From Amphiscolops sp. MND2022 (Eukaryota), in contig OZ076409.1 in NCBI GenBank assembly GCA_964187785.1, positions 68,822,001 through 68,886,000 of the forward strand: a DNA stretch of 64,000 nt, given 5' to 3'. Below, piece after piece: positions 33,331 through 46,500 of the stretch (position 1 is its first letter; each line of letters begins with the position of its first letter). The notes beneath the pieces are model-generated. The model ran no database searches, was not told where the DNA came from, and saw nothing but the letters and a program-made list of their open reading frames with translations. Made by a program: the position numbers and the translations under genes.

Positions 33331-36060
33331 TAATTGTGTTTATGCAAGATAATGAAAAACTCGTCTAAGATAATGAAAACCTATATAAACTGCAAAAATG
33401 GGATAAAGAGCTACTTGCCAGTGCATGTAAAAGTGTTAAAAAATTTATATAAAACCTTGGGATATCTGATGCATTTTGTTCATTCGACTTTCTAACATTT
33501 GCTAGAGCTCTTTTGAAATTATGTGGAGATATTGAGCAAAATCCAGGTCCTGAAATTAGCTATGATAATTTTTCCAAGTTGTCCGACAAAAATAAACAAA
33601 ATTTACGCATAGTCCACATGAACTTTCAAGATGTATCTAAAAAACATACTCAGTTGAAATCTTTTGTGAACGACATGGGACCGAACGCAATTGTGGGTAT
33701 CTCAGAAAGTTGGTTAACTCCTAGTGATGACATGGTTTTTTGGAATGTAGCTTCAAACACCCATGAGCTTTTCAGAAGTGACCGAAGTTCTGCAAATTCG
33801 AAAAAAGGTGGTGGTGTAATGCTACTTAGAATCTATAATTGTTCGAATGCTACTGATATGTTCAATCTGTTTGTCTATATGTTAGCAAGTGTTGTGGAAA
33901 AGCATGCACCCGTCAAAAAATATCTCCGAAAAAGGACCCCTAAACTTCTCAAAGAATCCTGGTATGACAGCGAGTGCAAAACCTTAACCCAGGCACGCCA
34001 AGCAGCTTACTACGAATACTGTAATAATACCTCTGCTCAAACCTGGTCTACGTACTCAAAACTTAGAAATCAACTTTCTAAGGTACTAAAAGAAAAGCAA
34101 GAGAAATTTGCCTGGAGCTGTTTTTCCTCTCTGTGCACCGCTAAGGAAAGATGGAATTTCATAAATTCCGCCCGAGGGCAAAATAAAAAGTCGGTCAATC
34201 TTGCAGCAGTGAGAAATTCTTTCGGTAAAATGATAGTTGATGACAAGGAAATGGCCGATCGTTTCAACCTGATATTTTCGAACCTTGGTCAATGTTTTGG
34301 TAATATCAATGATGAAATTCCATCCTTCCTTCCCGGTGATTCTTCGTTCTCTTCTAGTCCAATCACAGTGAAAGATTGATACGATATCATCAATGAGTTG
34401 AAACCGAACAAACCTACCGGTCCTTGTAAGGTGCCCGTTTGGGCTATAATTGATAGAAAGCAAATTTTGACTTCTCACTTAACATTCATATTGAATGAGT
34501 GCATTAATGAAAGTGTCTTTCCTACGATATTAAAGAGAGCGACTATAACCCCCATCTTCAAAAAAGATAACATTCTAGATCCCAAAAATTATCGTCCCAT
34601 TTCGATTACAACAACGTTCTCCAAAATCCTCGAAAGATGTATTCATAGGCAAATTACAGCTTACATTGAAGAAAAAATCTCCTCGCTTCACTCCAATTTG
34701 GTTTTAGGAAACAAATATCAGTAGAAGATGCTGTTTTGTTTTTCACCGAATCGGTTCTACAGAAAATTCAGGATGGAAAAATAGTTCATGCAGTCTTGCT
34801 GGATTTATCAAAAGCTTTTGACTCACTTTCACATGAAAACCCTTTGTCTAAACTCAAGTCTCTTGGTTTCTCATCTTCGGACATCAACTTTATAAAAAGT
34901 TTCCTCAGTGATAGACTGCAGCAAGTTTCATTGAACGGTGTCAAATCGGATTGGATAGAACTGAAACAAAGCGTTCCCCAGGGCACTATTTTAGGATCAC
35001 TGCTCTTCAACCTATATTTCAATGACCTGACTGGACAGATAACGGAGGATGCTTGCTTTTTGTAGTCCCCAGGACCCTGACATTGCTTTGCAATGTTTGC
35101 AAACAAATATTTTGAAACTTGAAAGTTACTTTAAGTCCCATCGACTCGACTAAATTTGAATGGCAGTAAAACAGAATTTAAACTTTTTCTCGAAAAAATG
35201 ACGAGAGACAGCTAGACTCCGAAACAGTTGTCGTGTGCTCCTCAGTTGTCAAAAAGAAATATGAATGTAAATATCTTGGAATAACGTTAGATCAACATTT
35301 GACTTTCCAAACCCAAGTAAAAAAGGTTCTGAAAAACATGGCAGTTGGAATAAAAACTATCGAATCTATACAACACAATTTTCCGACCACAGTCTTAGTC
35401 ATGCTTTTCCACGCGCTAATAATCAGTCATTTCGAATACTCTGCGCTTTTTTTCACTCAAATATCCCCTCATTTACTACTTTCCCTTGAGAAACAGATGA
35501 ACTGGGCATTAAAATCTGTCTACTTCCGTTCGAGCTTTAAATCGTCGAGTGATCTGAGAGAAAAAAAGAAAATAATTGGAATAAAGCAATTTATCGAGTT
35601 GAAATCTCTAGTATTTCTGTTCCAATATCTCAAAAACACTAAAAAGCCTTCCAGAACACTTTAACATTACCTACGGTGATTTTTAGGTGGAACAATCGCA
35701 CTAATCAGATAAGATACGTGGGAAGTCATGTATCTCTCTTCAGTTCTTTCTTTCATCATTCTTCTTCGAAGTGGAACTCACTACCGTTGTACTTGAGAGA
35801 CACTAGTATAAGTCTACACACATTCAAAAGTCGTCTCAGAAAGCATCTAACTTTGGAAAGTAGTCGTATGCCTATCCATACACCTCATACTTGGCGTGAA
35901 TTCCGCTTCACCTGATTTATTGCCCTGTAAAACTTGAAAAAATCATTTATGCTTCAGCATAAATCAATCTACACTTATTGTATACTGGCACCAGCTATCC
36001 CTATACAATAATACAGTGTTTTCTCTCTCTCTCTTTCTCATAATTTTTTGAGAAGAGAGG
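33331..36060 (+). mobile_element. Degenerate L2/CR1-group LINE ORF2 (APE + RT) with N-terminal 2A
   Basis: APE motifs (IVHMNFQ, IVGISESWL, RSDR...KGGGV) followed by an internal deletion. RT motifs NYRPISIT, LDLSKAFDSLSH, VPQGTILG, KYLGITLD. Frameshifts present; boundaries approximate. Confidence 0.85.
33483..33551 (+). other. 2A-like (StopGo) peptide
   Basis: FDFLTFARALLKLCGDIEQNPGP directly upstream of the APE domain. Confidence 0.85.
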
Positions 36061-36825
36061 AATCATGAATGTATACCTTTTTCATGTCTCTGATTTTTTG
36101 TAAACGCTAGTTTTTTTTAAAATGAGAGACATTGATTATAAACACGTTTTTTTCCAACAAATTCTACCAATTGTACGCGGAGTATCTGTTCTAACGTTAC
36201 ATATACCTGATTTACGTACCGAAGAAGAACGTCAACCACTGAAGTTTTCACAAGTTGAAAGTAGAATCGAATTGAACTACTCGGCGGACGTTTTTGTTTG
36301 ATGCCCATGAGTTGTTACGGTCCATACCTATGATTTTTTTTTATTCACAACCTGAGAAGTTTCAACTCCATTGGACATCAGAGCAAACGGACTTTGGGAT
36401 TCAAAATTTACCAGAACGTGGGCACAAACTGCAATCTAAGGATAAAGATTAAAACGCATTTCTGTAACTAAGATCCACAGAACTCCAGCTTTCGAATTGT
36501 AACAGGTCTGAATGTTAGACCTCTTTCCCGTTTTTCATGTTATTCGTAAGTGATTTAAAGTATAAAACGGATATATGCTCCGGATATGTCCCCATTTCCT
36601 CTAGTGCTCGCTGCCCCTTGGGCCGCTTATGTTTCCATTTCGCTGAGCCAGGTCGTACAGGAGCAAATATTTAGCGGGAACGGAGATCGCCAAGCGATTG
36701 TAATGGGCACTGGTCTTTGCGACGGTGAGGACGAGAGTGCGTACACCGCATATGCCCAATGTTGCCGACCGAGGCAATTGTCCAATATCGGAATGTGATT
36801 GACCTTCAACTATCCCCCAATCGAG

Positions 36826-36909
36826 AAACGTCGGCGCAGTGGTTAGGCGGCACGACTACGAGGCTCCGGAACCGGTTTCGAACCCCGCTCAACCCCAACC
36901 CCTTTTTTT
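36826..36909 (+). promoter_or_regulatory. tRNA-derived Pol III-like cassette in the BEL 5' LTR (also 49016-49098)
   Basis: A-box-like GGCGCAGTGGTTAG, anticodon-like GACTACGA, B-box-like GTTTCGAACCC (AGTTCGAACCC in the 3' LTR), then a T7/T6 tract. No good acceptor stem. Confidence 0.6.
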
Positions 36910-37557
36910 CGGTTTCATTTCCCCTTACTGTCCCGTAACCTTTAAAGACCCCACCGACGGACCTGCCCGTCAATCATTCGTCTGTCATTCATTCATTAAT
37001 TGTGTTTGTAAACAACTTATTCAGTTCAAAAGTAAAGTCGATCATTAATTGTGTTTGTAAACAACTTATTCAGTTCAAAAGTAATTATATGAAACATGTA
37101 AATGTTGTTCATTCTGTTACGTCACTAAAATTAGATAACATCATTGGAATATTATTGTATCATACAACTGTATCGTAAACTGCCAATGTGGATCAATCTA
37201 CTGTGCTCAGTTTGGTTCGAAATTGATACTGTTCTAAACAACCTTTTACATCCGAAGATCATCAGGGCTTAAGCTGCAGAGGTTACCCACATTTTCTGGT
37301 CCGCCGACCCGGATGAACCCGTGCCCGCCCGAATAATTTTGCAACCGGTGGGGATTCGTCTACAGCTTGAAAGTGCCGTGAAAGAATTTTGTTTGGACAG
37401 ACCCGTGACTTAGACTGGCAATCCTGGGCAACCGTGTTCACCAGCCGTATCAACCAACGCATCCTTCAACTTGTTGGTGGGGAAGTGTGAAGTATTTTCT
37501 TTTGGAGAAAAAACTGTTAGTGACTTTGAAAACGATTCGATTCGAACACTTAAACTC

Positions 37558-40500
37558 TCTTGACTTTTGAGGCTGAGTGAGACGAAGAGTTGTTAGTTTC
37601 AATTCAACTGTATTCAGAGAAGTTAACAGAAAAGTGATTTACAAAACAAACATGAGAAGTTAATGATTATCTCCCGCTGAAATACAAAAAGCGTGACTTG
37701 TTTTAACTGGAGAAGTTGTTCATACATAACAAAAATCTTGTTTCTAGCTTCGAAACATGCTATGACTTCTTATATTTTAAAACTCCCCCTTTTCGGAGCT
37801 CGATTACAAGTTACATTCTCCGGAGAGTCTTTTGCTGAACATTTCAACCTTAACTTTTGCCAACGGTTTAGTTAGCAAGTCGGCAATCATTTCACTGGTT
37901 GGACAAAACTCAACATCCAAATGTTGCATTTCTATTTTTTCTTGTATGAAGCTCAACTTAATTGCAAAATGCTTCACTTTCTGAGAATTCACTGTATTTT
38001 TAGTTATGGCGATACAAGCCTGATTGTCTACATGTACCTTAGTAGGCTTTTCAGTGTCAATTCCGATCTCGTTCGCTAGGCCCCGCAGAAACTCAAGTTC
38101 TTGAGATGCTGCGAATAACGACATTGTTTCTGCCTCAGCTGTCGAGGTCGCCACCGTTGTCTGTAACTTAGAACTCCAACTAATAGCTCCTGATTCTGAG
38201 TTCAAAAAGAAGCAAAAACCACTGGTGGACCTCCTATCATCTAACTTTCCTGCCCAGTCGGCATCACTGAAACCTGTGAGCACGAGTGTTTTGGATTTTC
38301 TATACGTCAGTTTCCTACACTTTGTTGCCTTTAAATACCTCAAAATGTGTTTTCCTTGTAACCAATGTTTACGGCCTGGATTTTGAACGTATCGACTTAA
38401 TGCTCTGACGGCGAAAGTTATATCAGGTATTGTTGTGTTCGCTAAGTAGTTCAGACAACCAATCATTCCACGAAAATTACAATTTTTCATTTCCTTTTGT
38501 TCTTGGCTGCCTTCGTCAGGACAGTCCGACCTACTGATTTGTTGCTTTTCAGCAACAGGCGTAAAAAGTCCTTTGGCATATTTCATTCCAAAGTTTTCAA
38601 GTAATTTTTCGATGTAGTTTTCTTGGGAAATTTCTAGTCTACCTTTTTCATGTCTGATTTGCATTCCCAAGAACCAGTTCAAGTCATCAACTTCACTGAT
38701 CAAGAACTTTGTGCTCAGTGCTTTCTCAAATTTTTCGTAAAAATTAATATCGTCGCTACAGTAGACTAAATCGTCTACCCACTTTGCTACAAAATCCTTA
38801 TGACCGTTTCGTTCCCTCAAAAACAAACAAGGATCACTTTTGCTCGGCTTGAACTGAATGCTCAGCAAAAAATCTCTAAGTGTATTGAACCAGTTGCGAC
38901 CGGACTGCTTCAATCCATAAAGTGATTTTTTCAATCTACAAACATAGCTTTTGCCGTTGGCATTTTTCTTAACAAATCCTGGTGGTTGATCAACAAACAT
39001 TTCTTCTTCTATACCAGCGTTCAAGTAAGCGGTTTTTATGTCTAACTGTTTCAACTTCATTTCGTTTTGAACTGCCGAACTCAGTAAAACTCGAAGTGTT
39101 ACCATTTTGACAGTCGGACTATATGTTTGATCGTAGTCAACACCTCGTTTTTGTTTAAATCCTCTAGCCACGTATCTTGCTTTGTGCCTAATAATTTCTC
39201 CTTTACTGTTTCGCTTAAGTGCAAAATGCCATTTACCTGTAACGAGGTTTTTTCCTTCCGGCATTTCAACAATGTCCCAAACTTCATTTTTCTGTAAAGA
39301 GTCGTATTCCGCTTTCATCGCACGATACCACTCTGGAGAAGAAAGTGCTTCTTCAATGCTTTTCGGTAACTCTTGATCAACATAATCGCTATGGTATGCA
39401 AACGTTTCAATTTCATCGAACTCAGACGAACCTAAATTGTAAGACAAGTTGCTGCTTGTACCTGGGGCGTATCTGTTGGGCGGCTTGACTTTTCGTCCGT
39501 ACCTAGTCGTAGTATGCACACTCGAACTATGCGGTTGATTTTGTGTTATACTCTCGTCGGAAATTTCGTTCACCAAAGTTTCTGGATTACCGCCTAAATC
39601 ACCGTTTGGCAACTCACTCACATCTTTTATCAAGTTGTGTGTATCGGCGACTAATTCCGTGTTTTGCAACTCTACTTCACTCCCCCTTTCGTTGAGTTCG
39701 AAGAAAAATTCACTGCCACTTTCATTGTTTGAGAAAAGTGTTTTTCCTGGAAAACTAGTCTCGTTGAATTTTACATTTCGGCTACTTTTCGTGATAAGCT
39801 CTGCGCCCTCGAAAAATCCGATCAGATATGACTTAGAATTGTTGCTATAGCCGAGTAAAAAACCTTCCAAAGCTCTACTTTCAAGTTTTTTTCGCTTTGG
39901 TTTCTCTAAGTACATGAATGCTTGACATCCAAAAACTCGAAAATGGGACAAATCAGGTGTCTTGTCAAAAAACTTCTCAAACGGTGTCATGCCATGAGCA
40001 GAGTGAAGGCACCGGTTTTTATGTCGAAAGCTGCTCGGTATGCAAACGACCAAAAAGTTTCAGGTAAGCCTGCTGTTTTCAACAGACACCTCGCCATCGC
40101 GCCGATGGTTCCCCAAACTCGCTCTATTTTACCGTTTTGTTCTGGAGTGTATTCGCAAGTAAACTCCTGATGAATTCCTTGCTGTAAACAAATGTCAGCG
40201 AAATTTCCAAACTTGAACTCTTTAGCATTATCAGTGACAATCTTGCGAGGTTTGCCAAGCTCAGCTATAAACTTCAAAAGCTTCGTTCCGACTTCGGTTT
40301 TTGTTCTTAATAGATAAACAGCACCGAGTCTGCTGAAGCTATCAACGAATCCTAGAGCGTACTTGAATTCATCTATCGACACTGTGTTTACTGGCGATAT
40401 ATCTACGTGGACTATGTCTAAAGGTTTTTTAGCTCTAGTTGCAACTTTTCGGCTTATCGGTAACCGCTTAGCCTTTTCGGTGTTACACACATCGCAAGGT

Positions 40501-42839
40501 TCGTTTCTTTCATCAACTATGTTCATATCGACTACAGCCTTTGCCAAGTTTTGAACATCAATTTTGTTATTGTGAGCAAGTCGTTCATGCCATTGTTGAA
40601 GACTTGCAGTTGCGGCATTGCTTTGCTCATGCAAACAATCAACTTGTAGATAAAACAAGTTATTTTCGCACTTTAACGGAAAACATCTTTCATCCTGAAC
40701 TATACGAGGGTTCGCATCAAAATGAACGCTCGCATTTTGTTCGTTCAGTTTTTTTATCGAAACTAAGTTTTTTGTGTATTGGGGAACGTACAACGATTGT
40801 TCAAGTTCCAAGATTTGATCTTGGCCTTGATTGTCTTTTGCCAAGAAACTAACGGATCCTCGACCTTCAATGCTAGATTCAGTGCCGTTCGCACATTCAA
40901 CACTACCCATTTTCGAAATGTCCAAGTCTCTGAACAATTCAGCGTCCTTTATCATGTGACTCGTGCAGCCACTGTCTATTAAAAGATCTATGTTCTTACA
41001 CGTCGAATGTACTTGACTAGTATGAAACGAGAAACCTTGTTTTTCAGCAGTTAGATTACTCTCATTTCGCTTCGTGTAAAAACGTTTGTTTTGAGTCGTC
41101 TCACGCGGAGCTCCTGTTTTCGACTTATTTTTCGTTTTGGGGCACTCATTTGCCTTGTGGCCTTTTGCACCACATTCGTAACACACTATGACAGACACTT
41201 TTGCTCTGCATTCACTTTGTCGGTGGCCTAATTTACCACACTTGAAACATTTCACGTCTTTAGTGAAATGTGAACTTGTTCCCTGTTCGGGTTGACCTCG
41301 GCAACTATCACTATCGAAATTCAAAAGATCTCGCTTTAGATCTGCAAAGGTTTTAGCTTCATGCGAAAACTTGAAAACAGTTACGAAACTTGCAAAGCTG
41401 TTCGGCAAACCTTTTAGAACTACCGAACATAGCATTTGATCGCTAACGTTTTCTCCAACGTCGGTTAGATTAAGTTGGAGTTCTTCAGCTCTCATCAAAT
41501 AATCGCGCATACTTTCTTGTGAGTACATTTTTAGGTTCGTTAACTTATTCAAAAGTTGATGGATACGAGGACGTTCACGACTTTTGAAACAGTCTTGCAA
41601 AAGTTTCCAAGCCTGAGTACCGTTAGGTTTCGCTGTTTTAACTAAACTCAATGACTTTCTATCTAGACATTGAACCAGTTCACACCAAACTTCGAACTGT
41701 TTTTCTTTCAACTTGTTCTGCTCACTAGCAAAATTCGCATCTGTTTCCTCAGGCAAATTCTCCTGATCAAGAAGGACAGTTCTCAATTTCAATAAATGAA
41801 GCCGAGCTTCAAAACGTTCAGCAAAATATTCAAAATCCTCGTCTTTTCCCGAAAACAACAACGTTTCCAACTTAGACTGTACCGTACGGTTAGTCATCTT
41901 ATATCTCAGTTGTGTAAATTAACAAAGACACTCAAAACGCTAAGGCCTTGTGAACCTGTCCTTGTGCTCCTTGACCTTGTGAGAATGTTGCTTCAATTGT
42001 TTTACATATAAGGGCGATCGTCTGGGTCGCAAAAAAAACAACTTACGAACAAAAAACGCGAATGACAGGCGTTTTGAAGCAAAAACTAAGCTCAGAAAAT
42101 TTCTTACTTCCCGTCATGCTATGCAGTGCATAGCGACGTGCACTTTGGAAATCAACCAAAACAAAGAAATGCTATCGAAACGTCTGTCAGAAAAATTGTC
42201 ACTAAGAATTTTTTTCAAGCCTAGTTAAATTTCACTGAAGTCTTTTTTTTTGAATCTCTTGAATTTGAATTTTCTCAAAAACAAATTTTTACCTATGTGT
42301 ACTCTCACTCAACTTCAAACTCAACTCTACTCAGCCTAGGAAAAACAGCAAGAAAATTTACAAAAGCATCAAGAAAGTTTGAGTCTGAGTTTTGAAAAGT
42401 TTACTCGCTTCTCATCTCTGAAAGTTGACTTCTGACTGCATGGCGTAGTGGTTCACTGGAAAAAAGATTGCTTCTTTCTGCTTGACTTCTTACTTCTCGC
42501 TTCTGCTTGCCATCATTCGCTGCAGTGTTCAAGTGACTTCTCATCGAAAAGTGACTTCTCATCGAAAAGTGACAGCAACCTTTGTTTCAGATGATTGGTT
42601 AAGGCCGCATAACCTCTTGACTTTTGAGGCTGAGTGAGACGAAGAGTTGTTAGTTTCAATTCAACTGTATTCAGAGAAGTTAACAGAAAAGTGATTTACA
42701 AAACAAACATCAGAAGTTAATGATTATCTCCCGCTGAAATACAAAAAGCGTGACTTGTTTTAACTGGAGAAGTTGTTCATACATAACAAAAATCTTGTTT
42801 CTAGCTTCGAAACATGCTATGACTTCTTATATTTTAAAA
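37558..42839 (-). mobile_element. Young full-length Ty1/Copia LTR retrotransposon
   Basis: 225-bp LTRs at 37558-37782 and 42615-42839 with one mismatch seen. TSD AACTC. PBS GGTTATGCGGCC. PPT AAAAGGGGGAG. Confidence 0.97.
37804..41897 (-). CDS. Copia gag-pol polyprotein with a single frameshift at ~40016-40020
   Basis: Two CCHC knuckles, protease LIDSGCTSHM, WHERLAH...C..C, integrase (VHVD, TDNAKEF, PEQNGKIER), RT (KARYVARGF, LKKSLYGLKQS, WVDD) and RNase H (FSDADWAG, STAEAE, VDNQA, ADLLTK), in Copia PR-IN-RT-RH order. Confidence 0.95.
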
Positions 42840-42931
42840 AACTCAAAACTTTTATATAGTATCGGTGCTTTTCACTAGACAATACATTGACAGGCTAAAG
42901 GTACCCCACCCTTGTTTAAACGAACCCCTAA

Positions 42932-43530
42932 ATGGTTTTTCTCCTTGGAGCAAGCTCGCTTCACCGTGCTTTGCAAAGTCTGCTTCCCCAAGCAAAAAAG
43001 CGGTATTCAAAAATTGTATATACAGCTCCAGGTCTCAGTCTGAACCCTTCGTGTCGGAACCCTCGTAAAACGGTTCAATTCATCCTCAAAATTTTTTTCC
43101 TTACCGTAAAGGACTTGTGATTTGGCACGACGTGCTCAATAATTCTATTAGTGAGCACATTTCTAACAATTTCATTTCGTTGTCATCGCAGAAGCTAGTG
43201 CAGACACTTAACCAATATAGTGCAAGTGTGAAGGCTTTGGTTTACAGTCGTCGCGTCGGGACCAAAGACATTTACCGCTTTCTGAAGGGGAACATTCTAA
43301 CCCTGAACATTTTGAAAGACATCATTTCTAAGCGAAAAACGAAAAACAAAGGGCTTGTGGGAGACTACCGTCCTCTTCACCAGCGACACGATTTAGAGCT
43401 GAAAACTTTGTCTGTTGTCCCCAATAACAGCTCTAACTTGCAGCGCATTCTCGCCAAGAGTCAGCCCAAAAGATTGAACAAACGCAGACAGCGTGCTCTG
43501 AAAAATAAATCTTCCCCTACGCCCACCTAA
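42932..43530 (+). pseudogene. Extra ORF upstream of BEL gag, possibly SGNH/GDSL-like fold (one frameshift)
   Basis: VFLLGASSL ... APGLS ... VIWHDVLNNSI ... DYRPLHQ loosely recall SGNH blocks I, II, III and V. Frames join at ~43117. Confidence 0.4.
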
Positions 43531-46500
43531 ATCCCTTCGCCTCTCTACGGTGACCCCGCTTAGCTGCAGGGTTATAGTGGAGTGGTCGGGGCTTTTTTGG
43601 AGGATTCATATCAGTTGCTTGTTGCCTCAAGAGTGTTTTGCCTCTTCACCGTGTCCCAGCTTAATTGCAGGGTAATAGTGGAGTTGTGCATAACTCGAGA
43701 CCCTATCTCCACGTTTCGGACCGAAACCACTATCGGGTCAATTTATCCCTTTGATTGTTTTATTTGTTTCTTTTGTTTGAATCAAAACTTTGATGCTTGA
43801 GAACTTTTAAAGTGAAAATGGACGAGAAATTACTCAAGTTTAAAGAGAAACGTGCTAATAGTAAACAAGAGTTAGAAAACGCGCAAGCTGCTTTGAAAGA
43901 GGCTGTCAAACAGGGAAAAAAGAAAGTTGTAGTCGAACGCCATGTGGTTTACTGTAAGGAACTCCTAGCTAAAGCTGTTGCAAAAAATGAGGAATTGATT
44001 AAGGTAGCCAGTACTAGTGACGAAGTTGAAAACCTCACGACTGAGTTCGAACTGTCGTTGAATGAAGTAACCGTTAATAACGACAATGTTGTCGCTTCGA
44101 CCTGGAAATACATCGAAAACCTAGAAGCAGGAAACAACGATGCAGCGAAATCGCAGAGTTCGGCTAAGAAGGCTTCAGTTCCCCAGTCGAATGCATCGCA
44201 AGTGTCCAAAATCTCATCTCAGCGTAAAAAAGAGCAAGAGCTAGCAAAACTCAGGAGCGAAGAGATCGAGAGACAGAGTGCCGCTAGCCTGGCTTTAGCA
44301 AAGAAAAAGCATGACGCCGCTCTAAGAGGGAAGCAGATGAGGTTGAGACAGTTGGAAGACTAAATCAGGGAAGAGAAAGAGATGTCTCGAATCGTACTGG
44401 AAGAACTTAACGAAGAAAATCGTCGTAAAATTGTAGAAGCGAAGTTAAAGGAAACCGAATTGGAAGATGCCCTTTCTGATGCAAGTCAGGACCACGGTGG
44501 GATCGATCACAATGATAGTCCTTCTAATGATGTCAGTCGTACAAGAGAGTGGGTAAATATCACTAAGGTGAACCCAGTGACCTCAAATTTTGAAAACCAA
44601 CAGTTGACTCCAAGTGTCATTGCATTAGAGGAACAGCCGCAGTCATCAAACAATACCAATGGTCCTCATTTGAACAACGACGTGTTCCCTGATTATGCAG
44701 TTGATCTGAATGGATGTGTTACCGGTCACCATACCCCCTTTCTGGCAAATTCCATGAATATGAACCCGACAAATCCCGCTCAACCTATTACTTCGTTCGG
44801 TACTCTTCAACCCTCCAGTCAGAGCATGGGCTTCAGTAACCTCGACAAGTTGACAACCTCGATTGCCCAAGTCTCAATTATGAATCCGTACACCCAGCCT
44901 TTCCAGCCTACACCTCTGACATACACTTCGGCGTGCACTGCGGCAGCTGTAACGTCCACAGCTTCTATACTTGTCGCACCGAGTTTTTCCAAAGCTACTG
45001 TGCGGATTTCAAGTGCCGCACCAACGCGAGGTCACTCAGGTGTGACTTTCGCTTCAACGCCTGGATCTACCGAAGTTGCAAATATGCCCCAACCCAGTGG
45101 AAGTGTCAGTCATCCAGTTACTATAAATGAGCTGGTTGGATTGCTCAGTCGCAAAGATCAATTACCAGAATGGAAGTTGTCGCCCTATAACAGAGATCCG
45201 TTACAGTGGCACGAATGGTACGGGCAATTCAAAAGCGCAATCGATTCTCGCGCCATTGACCGCTGACGTGAAGTTGACGTACCTAAAAACACTTGTCACA
45301 GGCAAAGCGAAAGCGGCTAACTAAGAATTTGCATATTGCGGTGCAATGTGTGGAGATGCCTTACGGGCGCTTGAAAGAAAGTTCGGGCAACCGCATGCCG
45401 TCGTTACGGCCTACTTAGAGAAGTTGAATAGTTATCAGCTTTTGCAGATGCACAATTCCGAAAGCATCATCAACTACTCGATTACTATTTCAAGTCTCGT
45501 TGGAGTCTTCAAGTCTTTACGTTACGATGCAGACCTGAATAGTGCATCGCTTCTGAATCAAGCCGTAAGCAAACTTCCACCGAACCTCAAAGAAGCTTGG
45601 TCACTATTCACGGTGAAAAAGAATTGGCTGCGACCCACGCTTTTGGATTTCAATACTTGATTGCAAGAGAAGGCGGAAGCACATGAACGGATGCAATCTC
45701 AGTCCTCGAGATACAAAGCAGATGACAGTTCTTCAGTCGCCGGTTTTGTGGGTAACCTCTGCAGCTTAGGCCCTGATGATCCTCGGGAGCACAACATTTC
45801 ATGACGGTGATCGATACCATGTAGGAATGTTGTGGGCTGAAGACAGTTGCAAACTTCCGAACAACTACTATTCAGCCCTTGTTCAACTTAAATCACTCGA
45901 AATCAAGTTGAACAAAAATGCCGATCTGAAAAGTAGCTACACGAAAACCATTGAAGATGACCTCGACAAGGGTTACATTGTCAAAGTTCCTCCGCATAAC
46001 CCTTCTCAAAGAACCGATTGAGAATGGTATCTTCGACATCATGCCGTGGTGAACCCGCATAAACCGGGTAAAGTCCGTCGAGTGCTAAACGGTGCTTCTA
46101 AATTTCTAGGTCGTTCTCTCAACAACTCGTTGCTCACCGGCCCCGATCTCTTGCAAAGTCTTCTACATGTCCTCTTCCGTTTCCGAAAACATAGCTATGC
46201 AGTATCTGCGGACATAGAAGCTATGTTGATGCAAGTTGGCGTACTGCCGGAGGATCGAAGGTCGCTCCGATTTTTGTGGCGGGAGGACCCCACAAGCGAT
46301 GTGGAGGTTTACCAGTTTACTCGACACATCTTCGGCGCAAAAGACTCTCCAACTTGTTCCAATTTTGCACTTCGAAAGACAGCATCTGACAACGAAGATC
46401 AATTTCCTGCCGCGGCACTGGCAGTGAAGTTGAAATTCTATATGGATGACTATCTGGATTCTGTAGACTCAGAAGAGAGCGCCATCCAGCAGGCCAAAGA

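Noticed and set aside
36826..36900. Functional tRNA-Arg gene
   Set aside because: No acceptor stem and a poor anticodon stem; reported only as a tRNA-derived cassette.
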